Source: Ranitomeya imitator (lineage: Eukaryota). Taken from it: a DNA stretch of 64,000 bases. How positions within the stretch are numbered: the stretch's first letter is position 1; each line of letters begins with the position of its first letter. The stretch lies in the NCBI RefSeq assembly GCF_032444005.1, contig NC_091287.1, positions 524,210,001 through 524,274,000 on the forward strand, in the 5' to 3' direction. Made by a program: the position numbers and the translations under genes. The notes below the pieces were generated by a model, which had not been told where the DNA came from, ran no database searches, and saw only the letters and a program-made list of their open reading frames with translations. Shown here piece after piece: positions 35,872 through 48,800 of this stretch.

Positions 35872-36203
35872 CAGGGCCGGACTGGCCATTGGGCAATTCT
35901 GGCAAATGCCAGAAGGGCCTGTCTGGTCATGGGCTGCCTTGTCTGCTACGTTGTTAGCAGAATCAGTGTTCTCAAGACTCCCGTACTGTTAACAGTTGTG
36001 ATGGAGCACAAAGTCACTGACTCCGTCATTTACCCCAGCAGGCCACGGGTATCATTATAAATATTGGTCTTGTAGTAAATCTTGCTTTCCTCCATCCACG
36101 GTAATGTTAATAATATATCCCCATCTGTTGCTTGGAAATGGGACAACATGGGCCTGTGTGATTGCAAATGCCAGGGCTGAATTTTAGTCCCAGTCCGTAT
36201 CTG
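35872..36203. mobile_element. hAT MITE
   Basis: CAGGGCCGGACTGG / CCAGTCCGTATCTG termini with perfect 8-bp TSD TTGAGGGG. Confidence 0.85.
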
Positions 36204-37947
36204 TTGAGGGGTATTTATAGCATCTGAGTCTTTGGCATACAGCAGCTCCTATATATCACAGGTGATACAATACTTACATATATCCTGCAACAATCCGAAA
36301 GTGGGAGAAGTTCTGCAAGACTTACATTAAGACGTGCGCTGTCAGCTCCGGCAGTGAAGTTCAGCCTGTTACTCCCTGCAATGTTGACATCTTTCTCCTT
36401 TGCCAGACGTCGGAGAAGAGCTCCTTTCATTTCTCGGAACAGTCATTTGTTAAACAAACAGAAATTGTCTGGCAGCGATGTATTCTGCTTGGGGAAAAAA
36501 AATGTTTAGCCATTTTACTCAAATTTTAGCACCTTTATGTGTAAGGCTTTATTTCCAAGAAATAGCAAAGCAGACATTTATATATTAAGGGAGACGGTCA
36601 TCAGATTCATGCCGCACGAAGCACGTGTAGCATGAGCAAGTCTCAGGCGGCTGTCCGAACCATAGGCAGCATGAGTCAGACGCTACCAGAGTTAGTTCAA
36701 CCATATGTGCTTTAACTCTGAAGAACAGCAGCATCTCAGAGAAAACAAGCTTTATTAAGCCGGCAAGGGGTTAGTTGTCTTGTATGACTAGTCCGAAGCA
36801 GGACCCCCATGCTGCTTACACCTGCCCCAATCCCTAGAGTAACAGATCTATCTCATATACATACATAAGGAGAGACTTGTCAATCTAAAAGAGCGGAGCT
36901 TTGAAAAGATGGGCCCCAGACTAGTCATACAAGACACATGATGAGGGGCCATTGATCAAAACCATTCTCTTGCCGGTCTAGATTACAAGGGGGGGGGGGG
37001 GGGGTCAGAGCAAATGCTCCTGATTCATAATTCATTTTTTTAAGCTATTGAAGCCTGAAACTTTTAAGAGAAGCTAGGAAAGATTTTTGGCATTTTTTTG
37101 TGCTTTTTTACTCTCTTACAATCTTTAACGATCTTACATGAGGCACCACGCTTGATGGTTTCAACAATCTTCCAGAAGGCAAAGAGCATAATTATCGCAC
37201 AATAATACATGAGGCATCAAGCGTTATGGTTTATACAGTCTTACAAAAGACAGTGAGCTTCATGGTTATTAATATTCTAATTTATTTTTAGAGCACCATT
37301 GATTCCTTGGTGCCGTACATGTGAAAAGGGTTTGCAGACAAAATACAAGTGTAAATTGCAATTAACAAAATAAGACCGAAGAGGAGAGTGCCCTGCCCTA
37401 CAGTCTACAGTGTAATGGAGAAGGAGAAAGTAGTTTAGGAGTGGTTACAAAGTCTTAGATGAGGCATCAAGCTTGATGGTTTCAATAGTCTTACAGAAGG
37501 CAGTGAGCTTGATGGTTACACAATCTCACCTCAGGAACGACATACCTGCATCATTTTTTAAGTAGAACACACCGGCGGTGTTTTACCTGGAGAATCTTTT
37601 CTGATGTTTTTTTCGGACATCTTTTGCCACCATTTGTTCATAACATAGTGACAGCTTCTAGGCAAAACCCACAAGAAGAATGAACCAGTCACAGCAGTCT
37701 TTCGACCACTTTACGGTTTTCGAAACCTGATTTGGTTAAAAGAAGATACAGGGGATCAAATGTGATAGCAAATCATTCTTTTTTTTTTTTTTACATCTTT
37801 TTTACTCTCTCTTGATTAAACAATTATTTATGTGGATGTAAAAAAGGCACCTACAAAAATTACACCTCTTATTATTAAAAAGAAGACCTTAAATAGCTAC
37901 ATCTAAATGCAAATAAGTCATGGCTATGCAGTATTTACATGATGGCA

Positions 37948-37984
<37 letters not shown>

Positions 37985-39104
37985 GTTGTTGCAAAATGAC
38001 AGGGAAATAAAATTATATTATGTTTAATTAAAAAGCGCAGACAATTTTTTTTAAATTTTTTACAACATTCAATGCCAAATTATTTCAATGCAATGCCCAC
38101 AATATTGCTTTTCAATGCTCAAATAATGCTGCCATTTAGTGCCGAAACATTACAATTTCCAATATAGTGCATGAACATTGCTATAATTACATACCCAAAT
38201 ATAAGAATGGCATCCTAAATAGTGAACTAAATTGTAGTGCCAAGGGCTAAAGGGGTGTCTTTATGATACAGAAAATCATCAATATAAGATCAGTGGGAGT
38301 CCGACACCTGATTTCCCCACCAATCGGCTGATAACACCTGTGGATGGCGGTCAGATGTAATACAGTGTGGAAAACCACAGCGCCACTCACTGTTTAGTGG
38401 CTACTGCTGGGTACTGCAACTCAGCATCTACTGAATAGATATCATATGAACATGATAGCACAAAAAATACTCAAATAGTAACTAGAAAAATACACAACAA
38501 AGTAGTAGTAGAAGTATTTTATAAAAATAGCAATCAAGATCTTGACAAGTCAAGGAGACTTATTAAGGAACAATGATGATAGATCACTTTTACCATTAAC
38601 AAAGAGTGATTTAGTGGCAGAAAAGAGGAAAATAAGATCCGAGAGGTATTAGTCATTCCTATATGCTTTCTAGTAAGGAATTTAGTGGTCAAGCTTGAAA
38701 CCGTCTCATGATATAAGTCATGCTGTAATTTGTTACACATACTTTTCGTGAAAGAACAATATGAAAAAAATAAATTCCAATGTGACGGATGTTTTGGCCG
38801 GAAAGAAATTTGGACCCTAGAAAAATATCAGCACCATAATGGATTTACGAGGCATCATAATCCACACAATTTGTTTCTATCAAGCAAAATACACGCAATT
38901 TGTTTTTATCAACCTATTTGGCAGGCTTTGTAATTGATTTTCTTCCTATTCAAGTGACGAAATAAGTAACCTCAATTTATTTATTTTTTTAAATTACCTA
39001 AAAAGCAATTTAGCAAGGAAATTTCTCAAGGTTTTCTAAAATATTTATAAAGAGATTCTATTTTAAAGGGGAATTTCGGACCTTCAGGTGTAAGAAGATT
39101 TGCA

Positions 39105-39923
39105 AACATAGTAACATAGTTAGTAAGGCCGAAAAAAGACATTTGTCCATCCAGTTCAGCCTATATTCCATTATAATAAATACCCAGATCTACGTCCTTC
39201 TACAGAACCTAATAATTGTATGATACAATATTGTTCTGCTCCAGGAAGACATCCAGGCCTCTCTTGAACCCCTCGACTGAGTTCGCCATCACCACCTCCT
39301 CAGGCAAGCAATTCCAGATTCTCACTGCCCTAACAGTAAAGAATCCTCTTCTATGTTGGTGGAAAAACCTTCTCTCCTCCAGACGCAAAGAATGCCCCCT
39401 TGTGCCCGTCACCTTCCTTGGTATAAACAGATCCTCAGCGAGATATTTGTATTGTCCCCTTATATACTTATACATGGTTATTAGATCGCCCCTCAGTCGT
39501 CTTTTTTCTAGACTAAATAATCCTAATTTCGCTAATCTATCTGGGTATTGTAGTTCTCCCATCCCCTTTATTAATTTTGTTGCCCTCCTTTGTACTCTCT
39601 CTAGTTCCATTATATCCTTCCTGAGCACCGGTGCCCAAAACTGGACACAGTACTCCATGTGCGGTCTAACTAGGGATTTGTACAGAGGCAGTATAATGCT
39701 CTCATCATGTGTATCCAGACCTCTTTTAATGCACCCCATGATCCTGTTTGCCTTGGCAGCTGCTGCCTGGCACTGGCTGCTCCAGGTAAGTTTATCATTA
39801 ACTAGGATCCCCAAGTCCTTCTCCCTGTCAGATTTACCCAGTGGTTTCCCGTTCAGTGTGTAATGGTGATATTGATTCCCTCTTCCCATGTGTATAACCT
39901 TACATTTATCATTGTTAAACCTC
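39105..39923 (-). mobile_element. 5'-truncated CR1 copy
   Basis: Encodes the same 226 C-terminal residues as the ORF2 ending at 55962, with the same 3' UTR and ACTATGTT tail. Confidence 0.95.
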
Positions 39924-41880
39924 TTGGGCTGTCATCTGTTTTCCATCTCTTCTCTTCAAAGAGGGTGGTCACATCTCACTTTCACTCAAGTAAGAGTGTT
40001 GAACTGTACTATAGCCTTCCTACCCCTGAAAACACCAATCACATCAATATTATGTAATGTGAATAGTGTCACTCATCTCTATGCATGTAGTGTGTAATGT
40101 GAGATAGTGTACAGTATAAGGATAGGACATAAGATAAGGACAATAGGCTTAGTATAGGATAGTAGCTGTAGTTAGCTGAAGGTACAGGGTAAAAAACAGT
40201 TAATGTTTGGGATGAGCCTACAGAGGGAGGGGATAGTGCTAGTGAAAAGCAGGCACTTCTTGCCTAGTGACTCAGATAGGCAAGTACAGCAACAAGGTTA
40301 GGATCAAGTGCAGTGGGCTGCTAGGGCCAGCATGTTCCTATCATTCAAAGCAGTAGGAGGCCATCCTAGAATCCCATGTGGACATTCCGGCAACGTCAGG
40401 AGCTCAAGGCCCAGCATAGGGGCTAAGGGTACCTCATGTCCACAGGGAAAGAGGGATGTAGAACCATCTGAAGAGAAGATAATGGATCCCGGGTGCACTG
40501 TGGAACTGGTAGGAAATCCCTGGGGTTGATGGGGCCAGTGGGCATAGTGATAGTCCGAGAGGAATGGATCGCAGGAATGGAGATCTGTTGTGTTAAGGAA
40601 AAGAGGTATTGTGCCCTATCCTACATGTTACAGTCTGATTAAATTTAACTGTCCAGTAAACTTCCGCTTGTTGAAATGAACTTGGTTTCCCCCGAGTTAT
40701 GTGCGGCTGCTTACAAGTGAGTGTGAAGCACCCCACTCGTGATAGCACATTGGGACATGGACACGATTTTCCTGCAAAGTGCTGGGTGATGTAAAGCAAC
40801 AGATCGGTCATGGCCACCTCCTGCGGTCACTTTACATTAACATCATGGGAACATGGGTAAATGTAACTGTACAGTACTGTGCAAAATATAGACTCAGTCT
40901 AAAAGTGGCTCACCTTTACCTCCTGCGTAGTAGTCAGTCCATGAGATCAACACAATTTCTATTACGATAAACACTGAGGTTCTGTCTAATTAGCAACATT
41001 TAAAAAAAATTGAGCCAATTTTTCAAATGTAATTGAAACTAAACAAACCCCAATGACCAGTAAATATTTTGCAAATGCATCCCATATTGTAAAATCCATG
41101 GACCACTATTTGCCATTGGAGTAATGTTTATACATGAAGTCCAACTAACGTTCTACATGAGGTCTATTCATGATCATTTGTCTGTTTGGCACACAGATGC
41201 AGTCTTTTTGAACCCCTTAATGACCGTCGATACACCTTTTAACGGCGGTAGTTAAGGGTACTTAAACCACAGCGCCCTTAATTAACAGCAATGTGTAAAA
41301 AGTGTTTAGCACCCCCTAGAGTCAGATTTTCTCTGGGGTTTCAGCTGCCGGGGGTAGCCGAAAGCCCAGAGAACATGATTCGTTTTTTTACCAACCCCAG
41401 GGTTGCGATCGTCGGTATTAATCGTTTACCGGTGACTGCAAAAAAAGGCCAAAGTGCCATTTCATTTCTCTCTTCTCAGCCCTCCTGCTTCCTCCCATGG
41501 GCACCGCCATCTTCTCCAGGGAAGAAAATGGCGGGCGCATGCGCAGTGCGCCCACCGAGATCTGCCGGTCGGCACCGGGCAAGTCTCAGGGTCTCGGCTG
41601 CCAGGGGTAGCCGAGACCCCAGAGAAAATGATTCGGTCGCTTTCTACCAACCCCCAGGTTGCAATCGCCGGTATTAACCATTTACCGGCGACAGCAAAAG
41701 AAAAAATGCCAGCCAGCACCCGGCAACAATAGGAGGATTTTTCCTATTGGTTCATTTTGGTCACTGTGATAGACCCTATCACAGTGATCAAAATAAAAAA
41801 ATAGTAAATAAACCCCCCTTTATCACCCCGTTAGTTAGGGAAAAATAATAAAATAAAGAAAATGTATTTCCATTTTCCCA

Positions 41881-42262
41881 TTATGGTTAGAGTTGGGCTA
41901 AAGTTAGGGTTAGGGTTAAAATTAGGGTTATGGTTAGGGTTGGGATTAGGGTTAGGGTTGGGATTAGGGTTAGGTTTGGGAGTAGGGTGGAGTTTGGGAT
42001 TAGTGTTATGGTTAGGGTTGGGATTAGGGGTGTGCTGGAATTAGGGTTCGGATTAGGGTTAGGCTTGTGGTTATGGTTTGAGATATGGGTGTGTTGGGGT
42101 TAGGGTTGGGATTAGGGTTGGGATTAGGGGTTTGTTGGGGTCAGGGTTGTGATTAGGGTTATGGTTGGGATTAGGGGTGTTTTGGGGTTAGGGTTGTGAT
42201 TAGGGTTATGGTTGAGATTAGGGTTAGGGGTGTGTTGGGGTTAAGGTTGGAGTTAGAATTGG
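41881..42262. repeat. Telomere-like G-rich tract (TTAGGG, TTGGGA, TTATGG variants)
   Basis: Degenerate hexamer array within the piggyBac-like element. Confidence 0.85.
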
Positions 42263-42563
42263 GGGGGTTTCCACTGATTAGGTACATCATGGGGTCTCCA
42301 AATGTGACATGGCTCCACTAGGGTTGAGCGAAACGGGTCGAACATTTTCAAAAGTCGCCGACTTTTGGCTAAGTCGGGGTTTCATGAAACCCGATCCGAC
42401 CCCTGTGCGGGGTCGGCCATGCGGTACGCGACTTTCGCGCCAAAGTCGCGTTTCAATGACGCGAAAAGCGCCATTTCTCAGCCAATGAAGGTAAACGCAG
42501 AGTGTGGGCAGCGTGATGACATAGGTCCTGGTCCCCACCATCTTTGAGAAGGGCATTGCAGTG

Positions 42564-42626
42564 ATTGGCTTGCTGTCTGCGACGTCACAGGGGCTATAAA
42601 GAGGCGTTCCCGCCGACCGCCATCTT
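42564..42626 (+). promoter_or_regulatory. Putative Pol II promoter of the hAT element
   Basis: ATTGG (reverse CCAAT) 42564, GACGTCA (CRE-like) 42581, TATAAAG 42595, CGCCATCTT (YY1-like) 42618, in canonical order and facing the transposase. Confidence 0.55.
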
Positions 42627-43099
42627 ACTGCTGCTGATCTGAGCTTAGGGAGAGGTTGCTGCCGCTTTGTCAGAAGCAGGGATAGCGTTAGGCAGGGTCC
42701 ATTAACCACAAAACCGCTTGTGCTGCAGCGATTTGCACTGTCCAACACCACCCTCGGTGTGCAGGGACAGTGGAAGTTTTTTTTTTTTTTTTCCCCCTCA
42801 GCGCTGTAGCTCATTGGGCTGCCCTAGAAGGCTCCCTGATAGCTGCATTGCTGTGTGTACGCCGCTGTGCAAACCAACTGCTTTTTTCAAAGCACAAATC
42901 CTCTTGTTCCTTCCTTTCTGCACAGCTATCTTTTTTGTTTGTCCACACTTTTTATTTGATTTGTGCATCAGTCCACTCCTTATTGCTGCCTGCCATACCT
43001 GGCTGAGATTACTGCAGGCAGGGAGATAGTAATTGTAGGACATTCCCTGTTTTTTTTTTTTTTTGGTGGGAGATTAAGATTGGCAATTTGGCATTTCTG

Positions 43100-44868
43100 C
43101 TAGAGTGCCATCCCTGTGTGTGCCATCTCTCTCACATAGTGGGCCATAGAAAGCCTTTTAATTTTTCTGTATTTTTTTTTGTGGGGTGTATAAATTCTCC
43201 CTGATAAAAATACAGTGGGAGATTAATATTAGCCTTTGGGCTTGTGTGCCAGTCCTGAGTGTGCCATCTCTCTCACAAATAGTGGGCCATAGAAAGCCTA
43301 TTTTATTTTTTTTTGGGTTTTATAAATTCTCCCTGAAAAAAAGGGAGATTAATATTGGCCTCTGGGCTTGTGTGCCAGTCCTGAGCGTGCCATCTGTGCC
43401 AGCCCTGAGCGTGCCATCTCTCTCACAAATAGTGGGCCATAGAAAGCCTATTTAATTTTTTTTTTGGTTTTATAAATTCTCCCTGAAAAAAAGGGAGATT
43501 AATATTGGCCTCTGGGCTTGTGTGCCAGTTGTGAGCGTGCCATCTGTGCCAGTCCTGAGCGTGCCATCTCTCTCACAAATAGTGGGCCATAGAAAGCCTA
43601 TTTAATTTTTTTTTTGGTTTTATAAATTTTCCCTGAAAAAAGGGAGATTAATATTGGCCTCTGGGCTTGTGTGCCAGTTGTGAGCGTGCCATCTGTGCCA
43701 GTCCTGAGCGTGCCATCTCTCTCACAAATAGTGGGCCATAGAAAGCCTATTTAATTTTTTTTTTGGTTTTATAAATTCTCCCTGAAAAAAAGGGAGATTA
43801 ATATTGGCCTCTGGGCTTGTGTGCCAGTTGTGAGCGTGCCATCTGTGCCAGTCCTGAGCGTGCCATCTCTCTCACAAATAGTGGGCCATAGAAAGCCTAT
43901 TTAAATATTTTTTTGGTTTTATAAATTCTCCCAGAAAAAAAGGGAGATTAATATTGGCCTCTGGGCTTCTGTGCCAGTCCTGAGCGTGCCATCTGTGCCA
44001 GTCCTGAGCGTCCCATCTCTCTCACAAATAGTGGGCCATAGAAAGCCTATTTTTTTTTTTTTTGGGGTTTTAGAAATTCTCCCTGAAAAAAAAAGGGAGA
44101 TTAATATTGCCCTTTGGGCTTGTGTGCCAGTACTAAGCGTGCCATCTCTCTCTCTCTCTCTCTCAGTCAGTGGGCCATAGAACGCCTATTTTTGGTTTTA
44201 TTTGTTTTCTAAATTCTCCCTGAAAAAATCATTTTATTTTATTTGGTTTCTAAATTCTTCCTGATAAAATCATATTTTTTTTATTATTTTTTTTTCTAAA
44301 GTCTCCCTGAAAAAAACAAAACAAAAAAACAAACAAACAAAAAAAACAGTGGGGGATTAATATTGGCCTTTCTGCTTGTGTGCCAGTCTTGACTCCTGTG
44401 TGCGTCATCTCTCACTCAGTGGGCCATAGAACGCCTATTTTTTGTTTTATTAGTTTTATAAATTCTCCCTGAAAAAATCATTTTATTTTATTTGGTTTCT
44501 AAATTCTTCCTGATAAAATCATATTTTTTTTATTATTTTTTTTTCTAAAGTCTCCCTGAAAAAAAAAAAAAAAAAAACAGTGGGAGATTAATATTGGCCT
44601 TTCTGCTTGTGTGCCAGTCTTGACTCCTGTGTGCGTCATCTCTCAGTCAGTGGGCCATAGAACGCCTATTTTTGGTTTTATTTGTTTTATAAATTCTTCC
44701 TGAAAAAATCATTTTATTTTATTTGGTTTCTAAATTCTTCCTGATAAAATCATATTTTTTTTATTATTTTTTTTTCTAAAGTCTCCCTGAAAAAAAAAAC
44801 AACCAAAAAAAACAGTGGGAGATTAATATTGGCCTTTCTGCTTGTGTGCCAGTCTTGACTCCTGGGTG

Positions 44869-44899
<31 letters not shown>

Positions 44900-45284
44900 C
44901 AATTGTGGTCCATAGAAAGCCTATATTTTTTTTCCTTGATTTGGGTTCCAAAATCTACCAGAGAAAATAACTACATCAATCATTGGTAGAAAAATATTGG
45001 CCTCTGGGCTTGTGTGCCACTCCTGACTCCTGTGTGCGTCATCTCTCAGTCAGTGGGCCATAGAACGCCTATTTTTGTTTTTATTTGTTTTATAAATTCT
45101 CCCTGAAAAAATCATTTTATTTTATTTGGTTTCTAAATTCTTCCTGATAAAATCATATTTTTTTTATTATTATTTTTTCTAAAGTCTCCCTGAAAAAAAA
45201 CAAAAAAAAAAAAACAAACCCCCCCAAAAAATGGGAGATTAATATTGGCCTTTCTGCTTGTGTGCCAGTCTTGACTCCTGGGTG

Positions 45285-45333
<49 letters not shown>

Positions 45334-45640
45334 ATTGTGGTCCATAGAAAGCCTATATTTTTTTTCCTTGATTTGGGTTCCAAAATCTACCAGAGAAAAT
45401 AACTCCATCAATCATTGGTAGAAAAATATTGGCCTCTGGGCTTGTGTGCCACTCCTGATTCCTGTGTGCGTCATCTCTCACTCAGTGGCCCATAGAAAGC
45501 ATATAGTTTGTTACATTTGTTTTCTAAATTCTCCCTGCAAAAATCTATTTTTTTTTTTTTTGGGGGTTTCTAAAGTGTTCCTGAAAAAAATAAAAATAAA
45601 AAAAAAATAATAGTGTGACATTAATATTAACATTTGTGCT
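43100..45640. repeat. Tandem arrays in the hAT 5' region (about 150-bp units, then about 240-bp and 400-435-bp higher-order units)
   Basis: Recurring GTGGGCCATAGAA, GGGAGATTAATATTGGCC and CTTGTGTGCCAGT motifs with variable poly-T, poly-A and (TC)n. Confidence 0.92.
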
Positions 45641-45835
45641 TCAGTGACAGTCCTGCGTGTGGGGCATCTCTCTAATTTGCAGCCACCAAAAACAGAGTGT
45701 GTAACATTGGGCCTGATTTTCGCTGTGGTCTCACCAACCTGTAAAGGGGTAGCTAAATCATACTGAAGTTATAGCTCACCGTGTAAGTTGTGTGACTGCA
45801 ACAAATAACGTTAGTTTGGTTACGTTTTTAAAACA

Positions 45836-48800
45836 ATGAGGAAGTCTAGTGGAAGAGATCGTGGCCGGGGGCGTTCATTGTCAGCTGGTAATGAGGGTAG
45901 TGGTAGTGGTGGAGCATCAGGTGGTCGTGGGGAAAAAAATATTGCACCTAAGTCTGGAGCTGTGGAGCCAGGTTCGTCGTCCGGCTACACAAGGCCTCGA
46001 ACGCTCCCTTTTCTGGGATTAGGAAAACCGCTTTTAAAGCCGGAGCAGCAAGAGCAAGTTTTGGCTTATCTTGCTGACTCAGCCTCTAGCTCTTTTGCCT
46101 CCTCTCGTGAAACTGGTAAAAGTAAAAGCAGCGCGTCGTTAGTGGATGTTCACGGTCAGGGACAAGTCACTTCCTTGTCCTCTTCAGCAAAAACAACAAC
46201 AGAGAAGAATGCAGCAGGCGACACAACGGGTTACTCCATGGAGCTCTTTACACATACCGTCCCTGGCTTAGAAAGTGAAGCAGTTAACAGTCCATGCCCA
46301 TTACAAGTTGAATCTGACATGGAGTGCACTGACGCACAGCCACAGCCAGACTACTATGCTGGTCCTTTGACTCAGACCACAACATTGCCCTCGCAGGGTG
46401 CTGATCAAGAATCAGACCCTGATGAGACTATGTTGCCCCATCACGAACGCTATACCACCAAACGACACGGTGACACAGACGAAGTTGCGCAGGAGGTACA
46501 AGAAGAGTTATTAGATGACCCAGTTCTTGACCCCGATTGGCAGCCATTGGGGGAACAGGGTGCAGGCGGCAGCAGTTCTGAAGCAGAGGAGGAGGAGGGG
46601 CCGCAGCAGGCATCAACATCGCCACAGGTTCCATCTGCCGGGCCCGTATCTTGCCCAAAACGCGTGGCAAAGCCAAAACCTGGTGGAGGACAGCGTGGCC
46701 ATCCGGTTAAAGCTCAGTCTGCAATGCCTGAAAAGGTATCCGATGCTAGAAAGAGTGCAGTCTGGCATTTTTTTAAACAACATCCAATTGATCAGCGCAA
46801 AGTCATCTGTCAAAAATGTTCTACTTCCTTAAGCAGAGGTCAGAATCTGAAAAGTCTCAATACTAGTTGCATGCATAGACATTTAACCACCATGCATTTG
46901 AAAGCTTGGACTAACTACCAAACGTCCCTTAAGGTTGTTGCACCCTCGGCCAATGAAGCTAGTCATCAACGCAACATCCCTTCCGGCAGTGTAGGACCAC
47001 CATTTAGCGCACCACCTGCTGTATCTGTGCAGGTATCTTTGCCAGGCCAAAGCAGTCAGGGTCAGGGAATCACCAGTTTCGTAGTAGGAAACACTGCATC
47101 TAGGGCACCGGCGGCAACAATACCATCTCCCACCGTCTCTCAGTCTGCCATGTCCACCGGCACCCCCGCTAGTTCCACGATCTCCAGCTCTCCAGTCCAG
47201 CTCACCCTACATGAGACTATGGTTAGAAAAAGGAAATACTTAGCCTCGCATCCGCGTACACAGGGTTTGAACGCCCACATAGCTAGACTAATCTCGTTAG
47301 AGATGATGCCCTACCGGTTAGTTGAAAGCGAAGCTTTCAAAGACCTGATGGACTACGCTGTACCACGCTACGAGCTACCCAGTCGACACTTTTTTTCCAG
47401 AAAAGCCATCCCAGCCCTCCACCAGCATGTTAAAGAGCGCATCGTCCATGCACTCAGGCAATCTGTGAGCACAAAGGTGCACCTGACAACAGATGCATGG
47501 ACCAGTAGGCATGGCCAGGGACGTTACGTGTCCATCACGGCACACTGGGTAAATGTGGTGGATTCAGGGTCCACAGGGGACAGCAAGTTTGGGACAGTTC
47601 TGCCTAGCCCACGGTCTAGTAAACAGTTGTCTGTAGCCGTTCGCACCCCCTCCTCCTCCTCCTCCTCCTCGTCCTCCTGCAGAAGCAAGAGCTCGTCCAC
47701 AGACCGCAGTCGCACAAACACTCCATCCGCACCTGCCACTGTTGCACACCAGGTCTCCCATTATGGGGCAGCTACTGGCAAACGTCAGCAGGCTGTATTG
47801 GCTATGAAGTGTTTGGGCGACAATAGACACACCGCGGAAGTTCTGTCCGAGTTCTTGCAGCAAGAAACGCAGTCGTGGCTGGGCACTGTAGATCTTGAGG
47901 CAGGCAAGGTAGTGAGTGATAACGGAAGGAATTTCATGGCTGCCATCTCCCTTTCCCAACTGAAACACATTCCTTGCCTGGCTCACACCTTAAACCTGGT
48001 GGTGCAGTGCTTCCTGAAAAGTTATCCGGGGTTATCCGACCTGCTCCTCAAAGTGCGTGGACTTTGCGCACATATCCGCCGTTCGCCTGTACACTCCAGC
48101 CGTATGCAGACCTATCAGCGTTCTTTGAACCTTCCCCAGCATCGCCTAATCATAGACGTTGCAACAAGGTGGAACTCAACACTGCACATGCTTCAGAGAC
48201 TGTGCGAACAGAGGCGGGCTGTTATGTTTTTGTGGGAGGATACACATACACGGGCAGGCAGTAGGATGGCAGACATGGAGTTGTCAGGTGCGCAGTGGTC
48301 GAAGATTCAAGACATGTGTCAAGTCCTTCAGTGTTTTGAGGAATGCACACGGCTGGTTAGTGCAGACAACGCCATAATAAGCATGAGCATCCCCCTAATG
48401 CGTCTGCTGATGCAAAGTTTGACGCACATAAAGGATCAGGCGTCTGCACCAGAGGAAGAGGAAAGCCTTGATGACAGTCAGCGATTGTCTGGTCAGGGCA
48501 GTGTACATGACGAGGTACCGGGCGAAGAGGAGGTGGAGGATGATGGGGATGAGTATATTTTTAATGAGGAAGCTTTCCCGGGGGCACGGGAAATTGGTGG
48601 CGTGGCAAGGCCGGGTTCTGGTTTTTTGAGGGACACAAGTGACGTAGATTTGCCTGCAACTGCCCCTCAACCAAGCACAACCGCAGATTTGACAACGGGA
48701 ACTTTGGCCCACATGGCGGATTATGCCTTGCGTATCCTCAAAAGGGACACACGCATTACAAAAATGATGAACGATGACGATTACTGGTTGGCCTGCCTCC

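Noticed and set aside
37949-37985. (TAT)n microsatellite; also (TA)n at 7269 and (ATT)n at 35841
   Set aside because: Ordinary simple repeats.
39216-39863. 215-aa antisense ORF (also 55308-55955, and 9725-10006 with 53844-54125)
   Set aside because: Antisense shadows of CR1 ORF2, repeated only because the CR1 copies are near-identical.
43186-45411. Short ORFs with repeated WACVPVLSVPS or (RE)n
   Set aside because: Derived from tandem units and (TC)n tracts; frames are broken by homopolymer length changes.
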